DNA of 63,362 nucleotides, counting the filler, from Intoshia linei (taxonomy: Eukaryota; Animalia; Orthonectida), in NCBI GenBank assembly GCA_001642005.1. It is 9 parts of 9 records of this genome, joined end to end, with 100 filler letters (N's around TTAATTAATTAA, not from the genome) between each part and the next. Parts side by side here need not be neighbours in the genome. Positions count along the whole stretch, not along the records: positions 49,961 to 58,920 come from LWCA01001405.1; positions 59,021 to 61,134 come from LWCA01002403.1; positions 61,235 to 63,362 come from LWCA01002395.1; 6 more parts are not named here. The stretch is one strand, 5' to 3'. Shown one piece after another: positions 49,961 through 62,922 of this stretch. A model generated the notes under the pieces. That model did no database searches. It was not told the DNA's origin and saw only the letters and a list, made by a program, of their open reading frames with translations. A program made the translations under genes and the position numbers. Every line of letters starts with the position of its first letter. The first letter of the stretch is position 1.

Positions 49961-52451
49961 CGTGACCATCATTTTCATCCCACCTATCATTATCTTTTTC
50001 TCTTACATTGTTATAATTATTTCTATCTTTATTTTCATTAGTAGATCGTCTTCCATTGTCGTGGCCTTCATTTTCATCCCATCTATCATTATCGTTGCGA
50101 CTGCTTCTTTTTTTAAAGTTAATTGTACATGGATTACACTGGCTTTTGATACCCCATGAATTACCTACGCTACCGCAACAATCAAAATATGTTACAGCAT
50201 TTTGTTCTATATTGTCCAATGAAACAAATTCCATATTGGTAGCACACAAAACATTATCGTAACACATTGACTTGTCTAAATTTTAATAGATAGATATATT
50301 ATATTAATAACTGTGTTAATTAATGATAAATTAACGCATTAGTGCCAGTTTCTAAATATATGGTCAATGACCATTGGTCATCAATACTGTGAATTTTCAA
50401 TTAAAACCTACTCATTACAATTTCACAATTATAATTGTTTGAGTATGTAAAGATTTGATCAATCATTTGTCATCGTATAGTTCAATGATTCTCAGAAAAT
50501 AACCCCGTCCTTGTCGTATTAAAATGTTATAACTCATTTCTCTCGTTTTCTAACACCCGTATGAAAAATAGTTTTCATGTCTGGTTTGCAGCTAAAAACG
50601 TACATTTTCAAGAACAGGTGTGTACACCCTGCGGCCGTGGGAAATCCATGTGATTATAATGCAATATATCATTTTACGTAAAATTGAAAAATTTTATATT
50701 AGATTTTATTCAAAGGTTATTTAAAATATTTTTATTAAAAAGTTACATCTTTGATTTTGCTCACTTTCTCAATGTTGTACGACGCCCATTTCAAAATATT
50801 AATTTTTTTGAACCACAAAGGAAACGTGAAATATAAATATAAAACACATGAAAAAATTAAAATATTTTTTTCATTATATTTAATAAATCGTGTTTTTCAA
50901 AAAAAAAAATTTAAATTCAAAAATATTTTGCAAACAGTCTTTAACGAATTTTTTTTTCACCCAATTTTTAAAGATTTCAATGATAATTTTTCGATCAAAA
51001 CTTAGTAGGGTATTTTTTTCCACATAATTTTTACAGATTTTGAGATCCCTTAAAATCCTGCAAAATTTTATTCCAAAAATTATCTTCAAAATATTTTAAA
51101 AATGTTCCCTTAAAAACCCTATCAAATTTTGGGACTAAAATTATCTTTAAAACCTTTAATAATTGTTAAAAAAAATTTATCTTAACAACATCTCTAAATT
51201 TTGGTACCAAAATTATCTTTAAAATCTTTGAAAATTGGGTGAAAAAGTGTTTCTTTGAAGGATTAGACTAGCGGTTTCCAAATGGGGGTACTAGAGACTC
51301 ATGGAGGTATAAATTATTTGAGAGGTTCCAGCTCGTCTGATACTATGACTCATAAATTATAGATATTTTTTAAATTCCAAAAAATAATTGAAAATATAAA
51401 TTAATTTGTAAAATGTACTTAGTTCCTTATGTACTTACGTCTATTGGATAGTCTTTAAGATTTTAAGGTTGCATATTAAATATATGTACATCTTTATTAC
51501 GTCAGTTCAATCATTAACGATTTTTCGGATATCTGTATTTGGTCAAGTAGAGTTTTAACAATTTTAAATATTTACTATTATATACATTAATATTAATATA
51601 TTAATATACTTAATTCATATGGTGTCATAGTTACACTAAATTTAGATTATTACAGGGAAAAGAAATAATTTTTTTTCAGTTTAGGGTACCAACAGTGAAG
51701 TATGCTGGGAACCGCTGGATTAAACCCACAAAATTTTGGCCAAAAAATTATAATATGATTAATTAGCGTAATCTATGATTATCTGGTTCTAAGATTTATC
51801 GTTCTAACAATACATTGCTTAAATGAATGTCTCTCAACTGAATGTTCGCCATAGCTAAAACACATATATATAATATGACATAAGTACTTGAAACATTTGA
51901 AAATAGTTTACGTGAAATTCTTAGATAGTTGGATATAATGAAAAATACCTTACTGCAATGGTGGCAAAGTGTTTTCGACTAGAAGGTGGATTGTCTCAAA
52001 AAATTTACAATGGTACAACAAATACATTTGTATATTACTTACTTACGACTTATTACTTTTAAATAACTGATACATGATAATTAAATAGAATGATCATTAT
52101 ATATTATATTCTATTGACCATAAACGTAAAGTTAATCGAAATCGAGTAAAAATAAACAAACAGCAAATTTTTTTTATAATTTACCACATTGAGTTCCAAA
52201 ATATCCAGCACAACAAGATCTAAATAAAAATATACATTAGTAAAGAAATGAATTTACGTGTCGGCATTAAAACAGGTGTGATTACTAAAAGAAGATTATT
52301 TACATAAACAATATTAAAATGTTAAAAAATATAAAACATACGCATCCGATTGTCCAAAAGTTTGTCTATAAATGATTATATTTTATTTATACAATAATTA
52401 CCCAATAATAACTGTGAGTATTATGCTTAAATAAAAGTTTGTAAAAATCAT
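49961..52451 (-). CDS. secreted cysteine-rich protein (signal peptide, CCxGY motif, TB-like domain, D/N/R-rich repeats), 3' truncated by gap
   Basis: Phase-consistent exons 52402-52451, 52342-52365, 52258-52284, 52185-52219 and 49961-50275 give MIFTNFYLSIILTVIIGQTFGQSDANHTCFNADTSCCAGYFGTQCDKSMCYDNVLC...VTYFDCCGSVGNSWGIKSQCNPC...KKR...(DNDRWDENxGH)x2. Confidence 0.75.
50935..51260. repeat. degenerate tandem repeat (~60-bp units)
   Basis: Recurring aaatttt(g)g.acc/taaaattatctttaaaa units. Confidence 0.5.
51269..51717. mobile_element. hAT MITE
   Basis: TIRs tagcggtttcca / tgggaaccgctg, 8-bp TSD gattagac/gattaaac. Confidence 0.75.
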
Positions 52452-53086
52452 GTTAACTCTAAGAAAAAATGATTAATATGAAATCTGCAATATTATTTGT
52501 TGTGTATAGATTTTCAGCAGGTGTATATTTTATACGTATTTTAATGTTTCGAATAGTCTAATTTAACTTACGTCTAATCTAATATCTCTAATGTAATGTT
52601 TAAACACATGTTGAATAATCCATAAAATATAGATTTAATATGATAACTTTATAATAATTTTTATTGGTAAATCTATATTTATAACATAATTTTAATGTTT
52701 AAATTTAAGGTAAAATATATAATGTAATTTTTAACAAACTAAAGTAAATCTGAGTCATTTTCATTTAATTATATAATTTTTTGCTATTATCGTTTTTTTC
52801 ATTATAAAACAACAAAAATTGAAGATAGTGTCAACAGGCATGAGTATCAAGCCAACTTTCCTTATAGATAATATATTTTCCACTAGTTTCAAATATGATT
52901 ACTTGTAAGGGAAATACACATGTAGATTAAGAAAAATAAAATAATAATGAAATGCATGAAAATTCTACACGTAACACTCTGAATTTACGTGTGGGAATTC
53001 CAGCCATATTAAATACATTCCAGCGACCAAGTAGTGGGATAACAATAACCATTGATAAAATTAAAATAAAATTTTATTCATATTCT

Positions 53087-56000
53087 TTATACAAGACAAT
53101 AAAATTCATCATCTTAAGACATTTTAAATTTAGAAATGGATCTATTTACAATGTATTTTTTACGTAAAGTATCTAGACTTTGATCCAATACGTTTTGATA
53201 AGTGTATTGTGATTTATCTATGCAATTCTGATTGAAAATAGCTTCATTGAATACATCGTTATTAGTGTCAAATGAAGACATGTAGATAAGACATTTTGAT
53301 TTTATTGCTATACGAACATCCTTATTCCAAGCATTTTCGAAAAATTCTTTTTTGCCCATAAAGATGGAATACAATCGAATCTAAATAATAAAATTTTAAA
53401 ATACGAAACAAATTTTAGTCAACAGAATGTAACTTTTTTCAAGTATCAACAATTCCAATCATAAAAATACGTTAACAAAAAATCAATCTTAATCAAACAT
53501 ACTAGTTTTACATCATACTTGAGGTAATGATTCTAATAATTATTTTAAGACTGTAAAGAAGACTAACTAATGTTTTTACTTTATAACTCTTGCTATACAT
53601 GTATATTAAATATTAAGATTCAGTCAAAGGATATTATCAATCTTTACCATAATAATAATAAACAAAACACAAAATTAGATGCCATTTAAAAACTCGTATA
53701 ACGAATAACCAGAAAAGTTAATAGTTTAAAATTATCCAATTAATTTTGCATTCGTATACAGCGCCATAAATGATGGTGAAATTCAACTTTTAAAATACCT
53801 CATCGAGAAGAACGTTTTGACTAATGTTTGTGATATCATTGGTTCCACCAACGTATATGTTCAATTTTAGTGAATCCAGTATCGTTAAATCGTAATTATT
53901 CACAGAAATAACACTTTCCTGTCCATTTAAATAAAAATACATTTTTTGATCTAAATTAAATATATTTCTATAATATAATAATCATAATATGCAAAGTCGG
54001 TTTATCACTATAAATCAGCGTTTTCCAACCTTTTTTACTATATTACCCATATTATAGTACTTATTTTTATATTATACACAATATTTTTTTAATTGCATAT
54101 TGGATGGTCAGGTTTTTACAATGAGAGCCATATAGATTTTTTTATAATTGAATTATTTTTAAAAAATTAATTTTACAAAATTGTAAATTAATTCCTGATT
54201 TTTTTTGAAATGGTAAAAATTTTTTTTAAATACGGTAGTAAATTTTGTTTTTACTGTTAAAGATGCAAATTTCTGAGAATAAAATCTATTTTACTCGCTA
54301 TACCAGAAAAAAAAGTGACTTAATACACTCTGTGACAAAACTATATAGCAGCGACTGAAAAATGAAAAGGCTCATTATTCTCTGGTCGAATTAAAAGTCT
54401 GGTTTTTTTTTATACTCAAAAACATGCTCTTCGTTGCTGATTTAAGATTTACAAAAATAAATTTATTGCCACTATATATCTATAATTACGATAGACAACT
54501 TTTTTCATTATCGATCACTCGACAAAAGTGCTCTAAAGGAATATATTTTAGTATTTATCAGTGTTAAAACCATTTTTTTTATTTTTAAAACAAAATTTTA
54601 TTTATTAATTAAGTGTAGTGAAGACAATATTTTCAGTATGCCCAAACTAATACGATTAACCGACAAAGAAAAGGGAGCAATTGATATTATATTAAAGAAG
54701 GGTACAGTCCGTCAGAAAATAAAAATTAAAATAAAAAGAAGTAGAAAAATTATTCAAACACATATTAGAGTGTCTCAATCTAACAAAATTTGCCATCGAA
54801 TAGGACGCTTAGTGAAGTTAAGTCTTTCTGACAGTAGGCTCTTAATTAGAACTGTATCCAATCCTCCTTTTTCGACAGGATTAATTAAATCAAACTGTGG
54901 TTTAAACCATGTTTCCACAAGAATGATACAACGAAAATTATGTCAAAAAATCAATACATATAAATTAACTATTTTTTCTAAATTCATTATAATGAATTTG
55001 AACAATTTAAATAAAATAATGAACTTGCATAATCTTTTACAATAGCGTAGTCACAATTTTACAAAAAATCATTCACTATTGAAAAAATTCATGACTATCA
55101 ATATTTTGATAATAATAAAATAGTATCCAAATTAAAAAAATTAATACTAAAGTGCTTTTTTGATTCTGAAGGCATCACTTTGTCAGATTGAGCTGTATTA
55201 ACTGTAATTTTTTAAAAAATTTTGTCAATTTTCATTTTTTAAAAAAAGGGTTATCTGGGGTTTTTATCGTTAAAATCTACTTTTTTGAAGTTGCCATTCA
55301 TGATAATGCTTATGATTTTAATAATTGTCACAGAAGTTATGTTTTTTTGAGTGATTTTATTTTTAAAAAAAGGGGAAATTGGGTTTTTGAGGCTGAAGGA
55401 TTCAATTTTGGGAAATATAACTTAGATGTAAACATCACATGCGAAAAACTGTATTAGATGTTGGTTTTATTAAATTATACGACTGTAAATTTTTTAAATA
55501 AACTGTAATACACGCAGACATTCAATTTTATATAAGTAAAGTATATTTATTTATTACATGACTATATTTTATTATTATTTAAAATTTTTATCAGATTGTG
55601 TATTTTTTATAATCCTAGGACTCGTTTGAATTTAAAAAAGATAATTGGGGTTTTCACCTTGAAGGGCTCAATTTCTGAAAATGAGATTTGCGATAAAATA
55701 TTACCCGTGAAAACTGTATTAGAAATGGGTATTCTTAAAATTCTAAGTCTATTACTTTCTTAAATGGTAACAGACAGACAAATAAACAGACAAACATTTT
55801 TAAGTAAATTATTAACTAAGTATATAAGTAAGGACTCAAAAACTGATAATAAAAGCTAAAATCGTACACTTATATAAATAACACCTTCTGATATACTTTT
55901 TAAATCTCATTCCAAAACTCTCCATTTATCACGTTTCAGCCTCTGAAATTTAAATTTTTTTAATATCAAATAAACATAACATTTCTTATCCAAGTTTCAA

Positions 56001-57967
56001 TTAAAAAAAAGTAAAAAATATTATATGAAAATATTTCAGATTTTAAAATTGTTTCAAAAACAAGAGTAAAATTACTTGCAGCATCGTATCCTGCACCAAT
56101 ACCATAATTGGCATTATTAGCAACTACATTAGGAAAAATCAAAATACTTCCATATACACTAAGTTTAAACAAGTTATTTTCGATATAAATCGAAAATAAG
56201 TTGACATCTTGCATGGTAAATAGGTAGATTTTTTGATTGGTCAATATTGAATCAAATTCCATTAAAATATGCAAATATAATGAAAATCTAAAAATTAAAA
56301 CAATAATGTAAACATGATGATAATTATCATTACGATTTATGCATACAAAGACATATAGCATTAGGTAATTTTAATGAATTTTTTGCATCTTTACTAAATA
56401 AAATGAGTCCATTCTGTATTGGAAAAATTTTATATTTTAAATTGGAAGAAATAAATCCATTTTGATCATAATTGAATATTCCAATTTTTCCACCATTCAA
56501 GAAATTATCATATATTATACCAGTATCAATGATTAAATTATTTGCATTTTCAATTATAAATCTAAATTTTTAAATTGAAACATTTCATATGTTCCCAGTT
56601 TATTACTGAATTTTACTACCCTGGAAATACCATACCTTACATGTCCAGTTGAAGCATATCGTTCAAGTTTCCATTTATAGGAAACACCAGATTTCCAACC
56701 AACATCACCTTTATATAACAACTTGGTTTGCAAGTTTAATTCATAGATTGCTGCAGATTCCCACAGTGCTTCAATATACAACCTTGAAGACCAAGTTGGA
56801 TAACGTTTAGAGTTGATCAACTGCATAGAAAAAGTGCTAATTTATGTTATTAATGAAATAAACACCTTAATTTTTAATCCATGCATGGACCCTCTCGCAT
56901 TTGAACTCTTTAAATTGCTATTTTGAGATTTCCACATTACAATATAATACATTCCCGTACTATGATAATTGAATATTATGCCTATATATCCCGTTAACTC
57001 TACACTTTTTGTGTAAAATGTTCCAGTAAATATTCCATCGGTGAACGCAATATTTGTAACAATTAATGTGGCCATTTTTTCTCGGGATCCTATTGTTTGA
57101 ATATGCCTTCCTTTAAAAAAATTATATAAACGAAAATTCCAGGTACATTTACCATGATCTCTAATTAATATTGTATTTCTGTGAATATCTTGTATATTTT
57201 CTTCAATAGGAATAATTTCACATGGCATAAAATTTATTGTTTTTATAATCGAATCAAATGGATTAGGATCCAAAATATTGAATATACCGTCCATATCCAA
57301 ATCATATTTACATTTATAATAAAAATTATCTACATTTTTTAAATTTTATATTCAAACTTTGAATTTCATATAGTATTACTGTATATATCCGCTATTTTGC
57401 CGTTTTCTTTAGAATAAAGGCAGACATCATACAAATTTTTAATTCCATCATTGTCAATATCTGAATCACACAAATTTCCTAATTTAAATTGACATTAATT
57501 TTTATATACCAAGTGTATTTGGGAAGTTATTGGTAAAATATCACATTTACAAAAGAGAAAATACATTAACCCATTTTTTGAAATTTGTTCATTTAATAAC
57601 AAAAAGCAATGTTATGATTTAAATTTTTGAATTTTTAAAAAATTTTTGTAATTGTTTAAAGATGCAGAATAATGTTTGTAAAATTTCACTCAAATAATGT
57701 AGTGAGAACTCGTTTAATTGATAAAAAATATACAACCAATAAACTTCTGATTGATAAGCATGATTAAAAATATTTATAATAAATTTTAAGAGAGTCAAAT
57801 CAGATAAACCAAAAATCGTGAAAATAACTAACCTGCATAGTTATATTTTATTACAAATTTTATGTATTTTATTTTTAAAACCTTTTCCATCACCATCAGT
57901 ATCAGTTTGTTCACTATTAGGGAAATCAATGCAATTATCCTTCATATCCGGAACACTATCGGAGTCT
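53087..57967 (-). CDS. thrombospondin-superfamily protein: type-3 repeats, TSP_C L-lectin, then LamG-like domain (5' part missing)
   Basis: DSDSVPDMKDNCIDFPNSEQTDTDGDGKGNLCDSDIDNDGI (type-3). FTGTFY...GYIGIIFNY...YIVMWK, GWKSGVSYKWKL and DTGIIYDNFLNGGKIGIF...SNLKY (TSP_C). The frame stays open into FSIYIENN, MYFYLNG...IYVGG...LLDE|IRLY (LamG-like). Candidate stop at 53087. Confidence 0.82.
54325..54960 (+). mobile_element. Tc3-like element 5' half
   Basis: TA-cactctgtgacaaaa terminus. MPK...LTDKEKGAID...KRSRKII...GRLVKLSLSDSRLLIRTVSN...VSTRMIQRKL (bipartite HTH). Confidence 0.78.
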
Positions 57968-58208
57968 CTACAATATTTAATGAAATTTGAAAAATTAGGC
58001 TAAAAAATGATATGTCATTTTTTATTTTAGTGATTATTATTTTTAATATGAATCATAGTACGGCATAAACCGCATTTTTAGATTTAATGCGGTCTACTAT
58101 GTACCTTGTATTAGTTATTATTTTTATCTTATTTTTTTATACTTAATTTTCACTTATTTAACCCTAAAAGTATTATCACATTTTACAGTACGACATATGG
58201 TGTAGTTC

Positions 58209-58610
58209 AGGGATGGGCAACATACGACCCGCAAAGTGTTTAGATCCGGCCCAAAATAATTTTTATTATAAAAATTATTTTTTAATTTAAAATTCTAAAT
58301 TGTACATTATAATTACAATTCATCATATTTTATCGTCCTTAAATGAGCAAGACAATAAAAAAGAGAAAAGTGGCTATGAATGCAGAATTTTCCAAAAATA
58401 ATGGCAATTAGAATATTATTTTATGGAACACTACAACAAAGCTGTTTGTGTAATCTGCCAAGAAAATGTTGCTGTTAAAAAAGTGAATAACATCAAACTT
58501 CATTATGAAAGCAAACATAAATCGCAATTTCAAAAAATTCATGGAAATTTGAGATTAGCCGAATTCAATATATTAAAAAATGGTTTAAAATAACAGGCTA
58601 TTTTGTTCAC
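58209..58610 (+). mobile_element. SPIN/Charlie-like hAT 5' end
   Basis: TIR cagggatgggcaac. CRIFQK*WQLEYYF...KAVCVICQENVAVKKVNNIKLHYESKH zinc finger. Confidence 0.8.
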
Positions 58611-59730
58611 GAATAGGGTTACCAACTGCGTTATTTTCGCCCTGAGACTTCGGGTTTTCAAATTTAACTCAGGGCTCAGGGTTAAGTGATATTTCTCAGG
58701 GTAATTTAATTATTTCAATCAAAATCATCAGATCAGACATTTTATTTATATTGGATAAATAAGCGACTGTATAAGATGTGTAAACTGTTACTTTTTTTAT
58801 GAAAAAGAGACCCCAAAGTAAAAGAGATGGCCCAAAAAAAATTAAAATAACAAAAATAATAACACGCTGCGCTTCAGCCAAATTTTGGGCTTCGCTCAAA
58901 AATTCGGGTTGAGAATAACTNNNNNNNNNNNNNNNNNNNNNNNNNNNNNNNNNNNNNNNNNNNNTTAATTAATTAANNNNNNNNNNNNNNNNNNNNNNNN
59001 NNNNNNNNNNNNNNNNNNNNTTACATATATAATTATTTTTAATCTATAGTGGAGCAATAATTTTATATTTATTTGTATTTGAAATGTAGACTTTATAAAA
59101 TTCTAAGACTGGTAGTTATTGAAATAAACGGTGACATCCAGAAACAGACAAACAATATTGCAAAGCATATGTAAGTAAGGATTTATAATTATTAATTATA
59201 ATTAATAATGGTAATTATTTTGCTATAAATTATGGAAATTTTCAACCATTTCAATAAAATCTACTAGCAATAATGTATCGTCATTTATTAGCTAAAGCCG
59301 TTATTTTTAATAGAGGACATACTCTAAGGTTAAGCAACACGGTCCAAACTTCTGACGTGTGGTTGAACTCTAACAAGCACCTTTCTATTAAAAAAATATT
59401 GATTTACCAAAACTCATACAAAACGTGTAGATTATACATTACTGTATTAATACTAATATTAAAAATAATAATACATGTATACGCAAAATTCTAAAATTGC
59501 TGTTGACAAATTAGTTTAATGGTATAACTCGAGCTGAAATCAATGATGATAAAAATTTGTACAGATTTCTATATTCAAACATACTTAAAATATATAAAAA
59601 CATCTACCCTCGACAGAGCTGAAGACGGTTTAAAATAGTAAAAAACAAATAAGCTAGTGACATAATCAGTTTTAATGTAATATAAGTTTTTTTGATATTT
59701 AAATAGTTGATTGAAAAGACAAATAAATAA

Positions 59731-60430
59731 TTATAATTCTATCTTTTTTTCGTCTGCTATGTCGGCTTGTCGAATAGCACCAAAACATGGAGTTTTTTCT
59801 TTAGAATTTAATTCTAAATACATGCATTGATCTTGCCTTTGTAAAAATTCTATAATTTCATTCGAAGTTTTGCGATTGGGAGAGGTTATTAGAATTAGTC
59901 CCTTTTGTACATTGTGGCTAAAAATAAAATTAACTATAACAATAAAACTACTACATTAAAAAATTAAATAAAATTATACATTTTTAACGTTATGTGAACT
60001 TGTTGCATAGCCATAGACCACTCACCATAAATTATGGCGAGTTCATGAGCAGTATATTTTTCTAGTTATAATAAAAACATTATATTCAATCAAATTACCC
60101 ATCATTGTAACCACAAGCATGTCGGTTCCAGTATACACATGTTGATGTTCTCGACTTTCTTGTTTTTCTTTGGAATGTTGTTTAAATTCATTATGTCGTT
60201 TAATTCGATCTTGGTCTGTTTTCAAATTATCTTCATTACCTAAATACCTTTCTTTGTCGTCTCGAATATAATCGGACATATCTTCATCTTCCTAAATAAA
60301 AATGTATTCATCCCAAGTGTAAAAAAACATCTAATTTGTTAATATCCCATTGCTTTTCCAAGTTTTCAATAATGTCGCAGTGAATAAAAACCCAACAGTT
60401 AAAAAGTAACAAAAACACGTCAAATTTCAT
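59731..60430 (-). CDS. MESD: LRP/LDLR chaperone MESD (boca)
   Basis: Exons 60329-60430, 60099-60291, 59980-60061 and 59731-59917 (two 37-nt introns). Signal peptide MKFDVFLLLFNCWVFIHC, then IENLEKQWD, DMLVVTM...IIYGEWSMAM...EIIEFLQRQDQCMYLEL (recalled MESD LLEQWE, LMMFVTV, EIKDFLVGQDRC), and a C-terminal ER-retention-like KIEL. Confidence 0.85.
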
Positions 60431-60476
60431 GAGTATATAATAAATTTTAATTCTAATTAAACAAACATTATTTACA

Positions 60477-60734
60477 TTAATAATAGTCAACTTTGTCGTA
60501 TATAATGTTAAATTTTTCATGTCCACCGTGTAATTTTTTCATAATGATGGGTAATTCTTTATTTGACATGTCTGGTAAAGTTTCTATATAAGGTTGACGG
60601 TATGATAAGTAATCAATTTCGTTTCTCTTTGAGACTATATGCCAATCATGATCACTAGTATCTTCTAAAATTATATTTCCGCGTTTCAAACCTCTATAAT
60701 ATTCTGTAGCCACTACTTTAGCCAATTTATTGTT
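60477..60734 (-). CDS. MRPS34: mitochondrial ribosomal protein S34, 3' exon
   Basis: AKVVATEYYRG...DTSDHDWHIVSKRNEIDYLSY...ELPIIMK resembles recalled GKAWGILTFKG...YHDWRLVPKHEEEAF...YPPLL. Upstream exons are unresolved. Confidence 0.6.
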   Translation of the reverse strand, partial: NNKLAKVVATEYYRGLKRGNIILEDTSDHDWHIVSKRNEIDYLSYRQPYIETLPDMSNKELPIIMKKLHGGHEKFNIIYDKVDYY

Positions 60735-61797
60735 CTAAATTTACCATTTTAATCAAATTTATATCATAAATGGGTAGGATATAACAAATTTAAAGGAATC
60801 CGGTCAGGTCTTTCTACATGTACCACCCAGTTTTTGTATATCTTTCATATATAAAGTAAAAATGGTTCTTCTATCTATGTAACCATTTATTTAGAAAACT
60901 GACTCTAGGAATATTAAAAAATGAGAATTCTAAAATTTTCTCAGGGCCTAGATCAGGGGTGCACAACCTTTCCTCCAATTCAGCCACAATGCTACTTTTC
61001 CCATTGATACTACGGCCGCACAAAATTTACTTCGACATTGAGAAAGTTTACTCTGGACCTAAAATTTTAGGTCTAATAAAAGTTTTCTTTAAATTTTAAT
61101 ATCAGCAAGTTTTAATTAATAATTTTCAATTAAANNNNNNNNNNNNNNNNNNNNNNNNNNNNNNNNNNNNNNNNNNNNTTAATTAATTAANNNNNNNNNN
61201 NNNNNNNNNNNNNNNNNNNNNNNNNNNNNNNNNNTTTGTCAGTTGTCATTCCATATGATTTACCTCTACATTTATTAAGTCTATTCAATTTAACTTTTTC
61301 TCTATTCATTGCAATAGCTTATATAATAATAATAAATCCATTTTATTATTAAACGTGTAGTATTCAAGATACAATTGGTGTTGTTATATAGATAGTTTAG
61401 TTTACTACTTATTGAAAAAAGGATGTATACAGTTTAATAATAATAATTATAAAGATAGTATTTTAAATTACTTTAACTTCATATTAATTTATATTTAAAT
61501 AAAAATATTAATATCATGGTCTATAAATTTTTATATACCATCCTTGAGGTAAATAGGAAATATTGGCGAGGTATACTTTTTTTATAAAAAAAAAGGTTGG
61601 ACACCCTAGTAATACATGTTAATATCTCATTTATACATACTAGTTAGAATACTTTAGACGTGAATACAGTCTGTTACTGATAAATTCAAAATCAAACAAG
61701 AAATGACTATTTGTTTATCTTAATTTTAAATCCAGTTTACAACTTTTATTACTAGAAATTACAACAACTTTGAATCGTACATTCTAAAATTGTAATA

Positions 61798-62922
61798 ATG
61801 GAAAAAGGTTTATATAATATTCCATCTACTTACTCAATTTAGAAAAACTTCTAATATACGAACATAATGGTCTATCTAGAGATGATATTACAGTTATTTT
61901 TATCTACTTTGTCATTCTCATGCTAATTTCCATCTATGTAATTATTTACATTTGTCTTACGATGTTGCATCAATGTTTGAGGCTTGACCCCGTATTTACT
62001 TTATTAATCATGCATTTCTAAAATGAAAAATTTTTCTATTATTGAATATAAGCGTATATAAAATATCAAATTAAACTTTTCCCGTTTCTCTTGATGAGAC
62101 TTACATTCTCAAGCACACATTAATTAAACACGTACAAACAGACCTGTATTTAGTGTACTTTACTAATATCATCATGAAAATAGTAGCCATTAAACGCGAT
62201 ATTGTTCTTGGTTAGCATATCACAATTTTAAGATTACTATTATATTGTATTGAACTAACAATTTTATCCTTTTTGTATTTTTTTAAATAATTTCGCTCAG
62301 ACTATAGAATAAAATTGGCCGCCTGTGAGATTTGTTTGAAAAAATTCAATTTATTCATTATTTCATTTATATAAACATTATTATAATTTTATACATGTAG
62401 ACTGGATATAAATCTAAAAAAGGTACAATTAGCGAATACTTTTTGGCTGGAAGATTCATTACATGGCTCCCGGTTTTTTATATATTTTAAATATACATTA
62501 TATATTTGTATATACATGTATGTAGAAAAAAGTAATAATAAAATTGCCTTGTAATTATTAAAGAGAAATAACTTTGGAATATTTATCAATTTATTAAATT
62601 TTAATATCAATAAAATTCTTTGGTTTTAGTAAGAATTCTTAGTTTTTTATTTTATTTAATTTTTCGTGAAATCGATTTAATAACTGAGCTAATATTGACT
62701 AATACACGTATTTATATAATTGGGTACAATTATTACTTTGTTGTCTCCCTAGGTGTAGTAGGGGTATGAAGTATGCAAATCCAAATATAATTTGTATATT
62801 AATTAATATTAATTTAGGTTGGTGCTTCGTTATTCGCTAGTAATATCGGATCGGAGCATTTTATTGGACTTTCAGGGAGCGGTGCAGCGAGTGGTATAGC
62901 TGTGGGTGCTTTTGAATTCAAT
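61798..62922 (+). CDS. SLC5 sodium/myo-inositol or glucose cotransporter, 5' exons (continues beyond window)
   Basis: MEK|EKLL...[19 protein letters not shown]|[24 protein letters not shown] (62401-62472)|[35 protein letters not shown] (62818-62922), an SLC5A3/SGLT signature. Confidence 0.92.

Noticed and set aside
49961-50115. Neuropeptide precursor reading of the KKR/GRR-flanked repeats
   Set aside because: The repeats are not consistently bounded by dibasic or amidation sites and follow a disulfide-rich ECM-type domain; the sequence is truncated by a gap.
26524-61234. Eight identical TTAATTAATTAA palindromes between N runs
   Set aside because: Artificial six-frame-stop gap linker, not biological.
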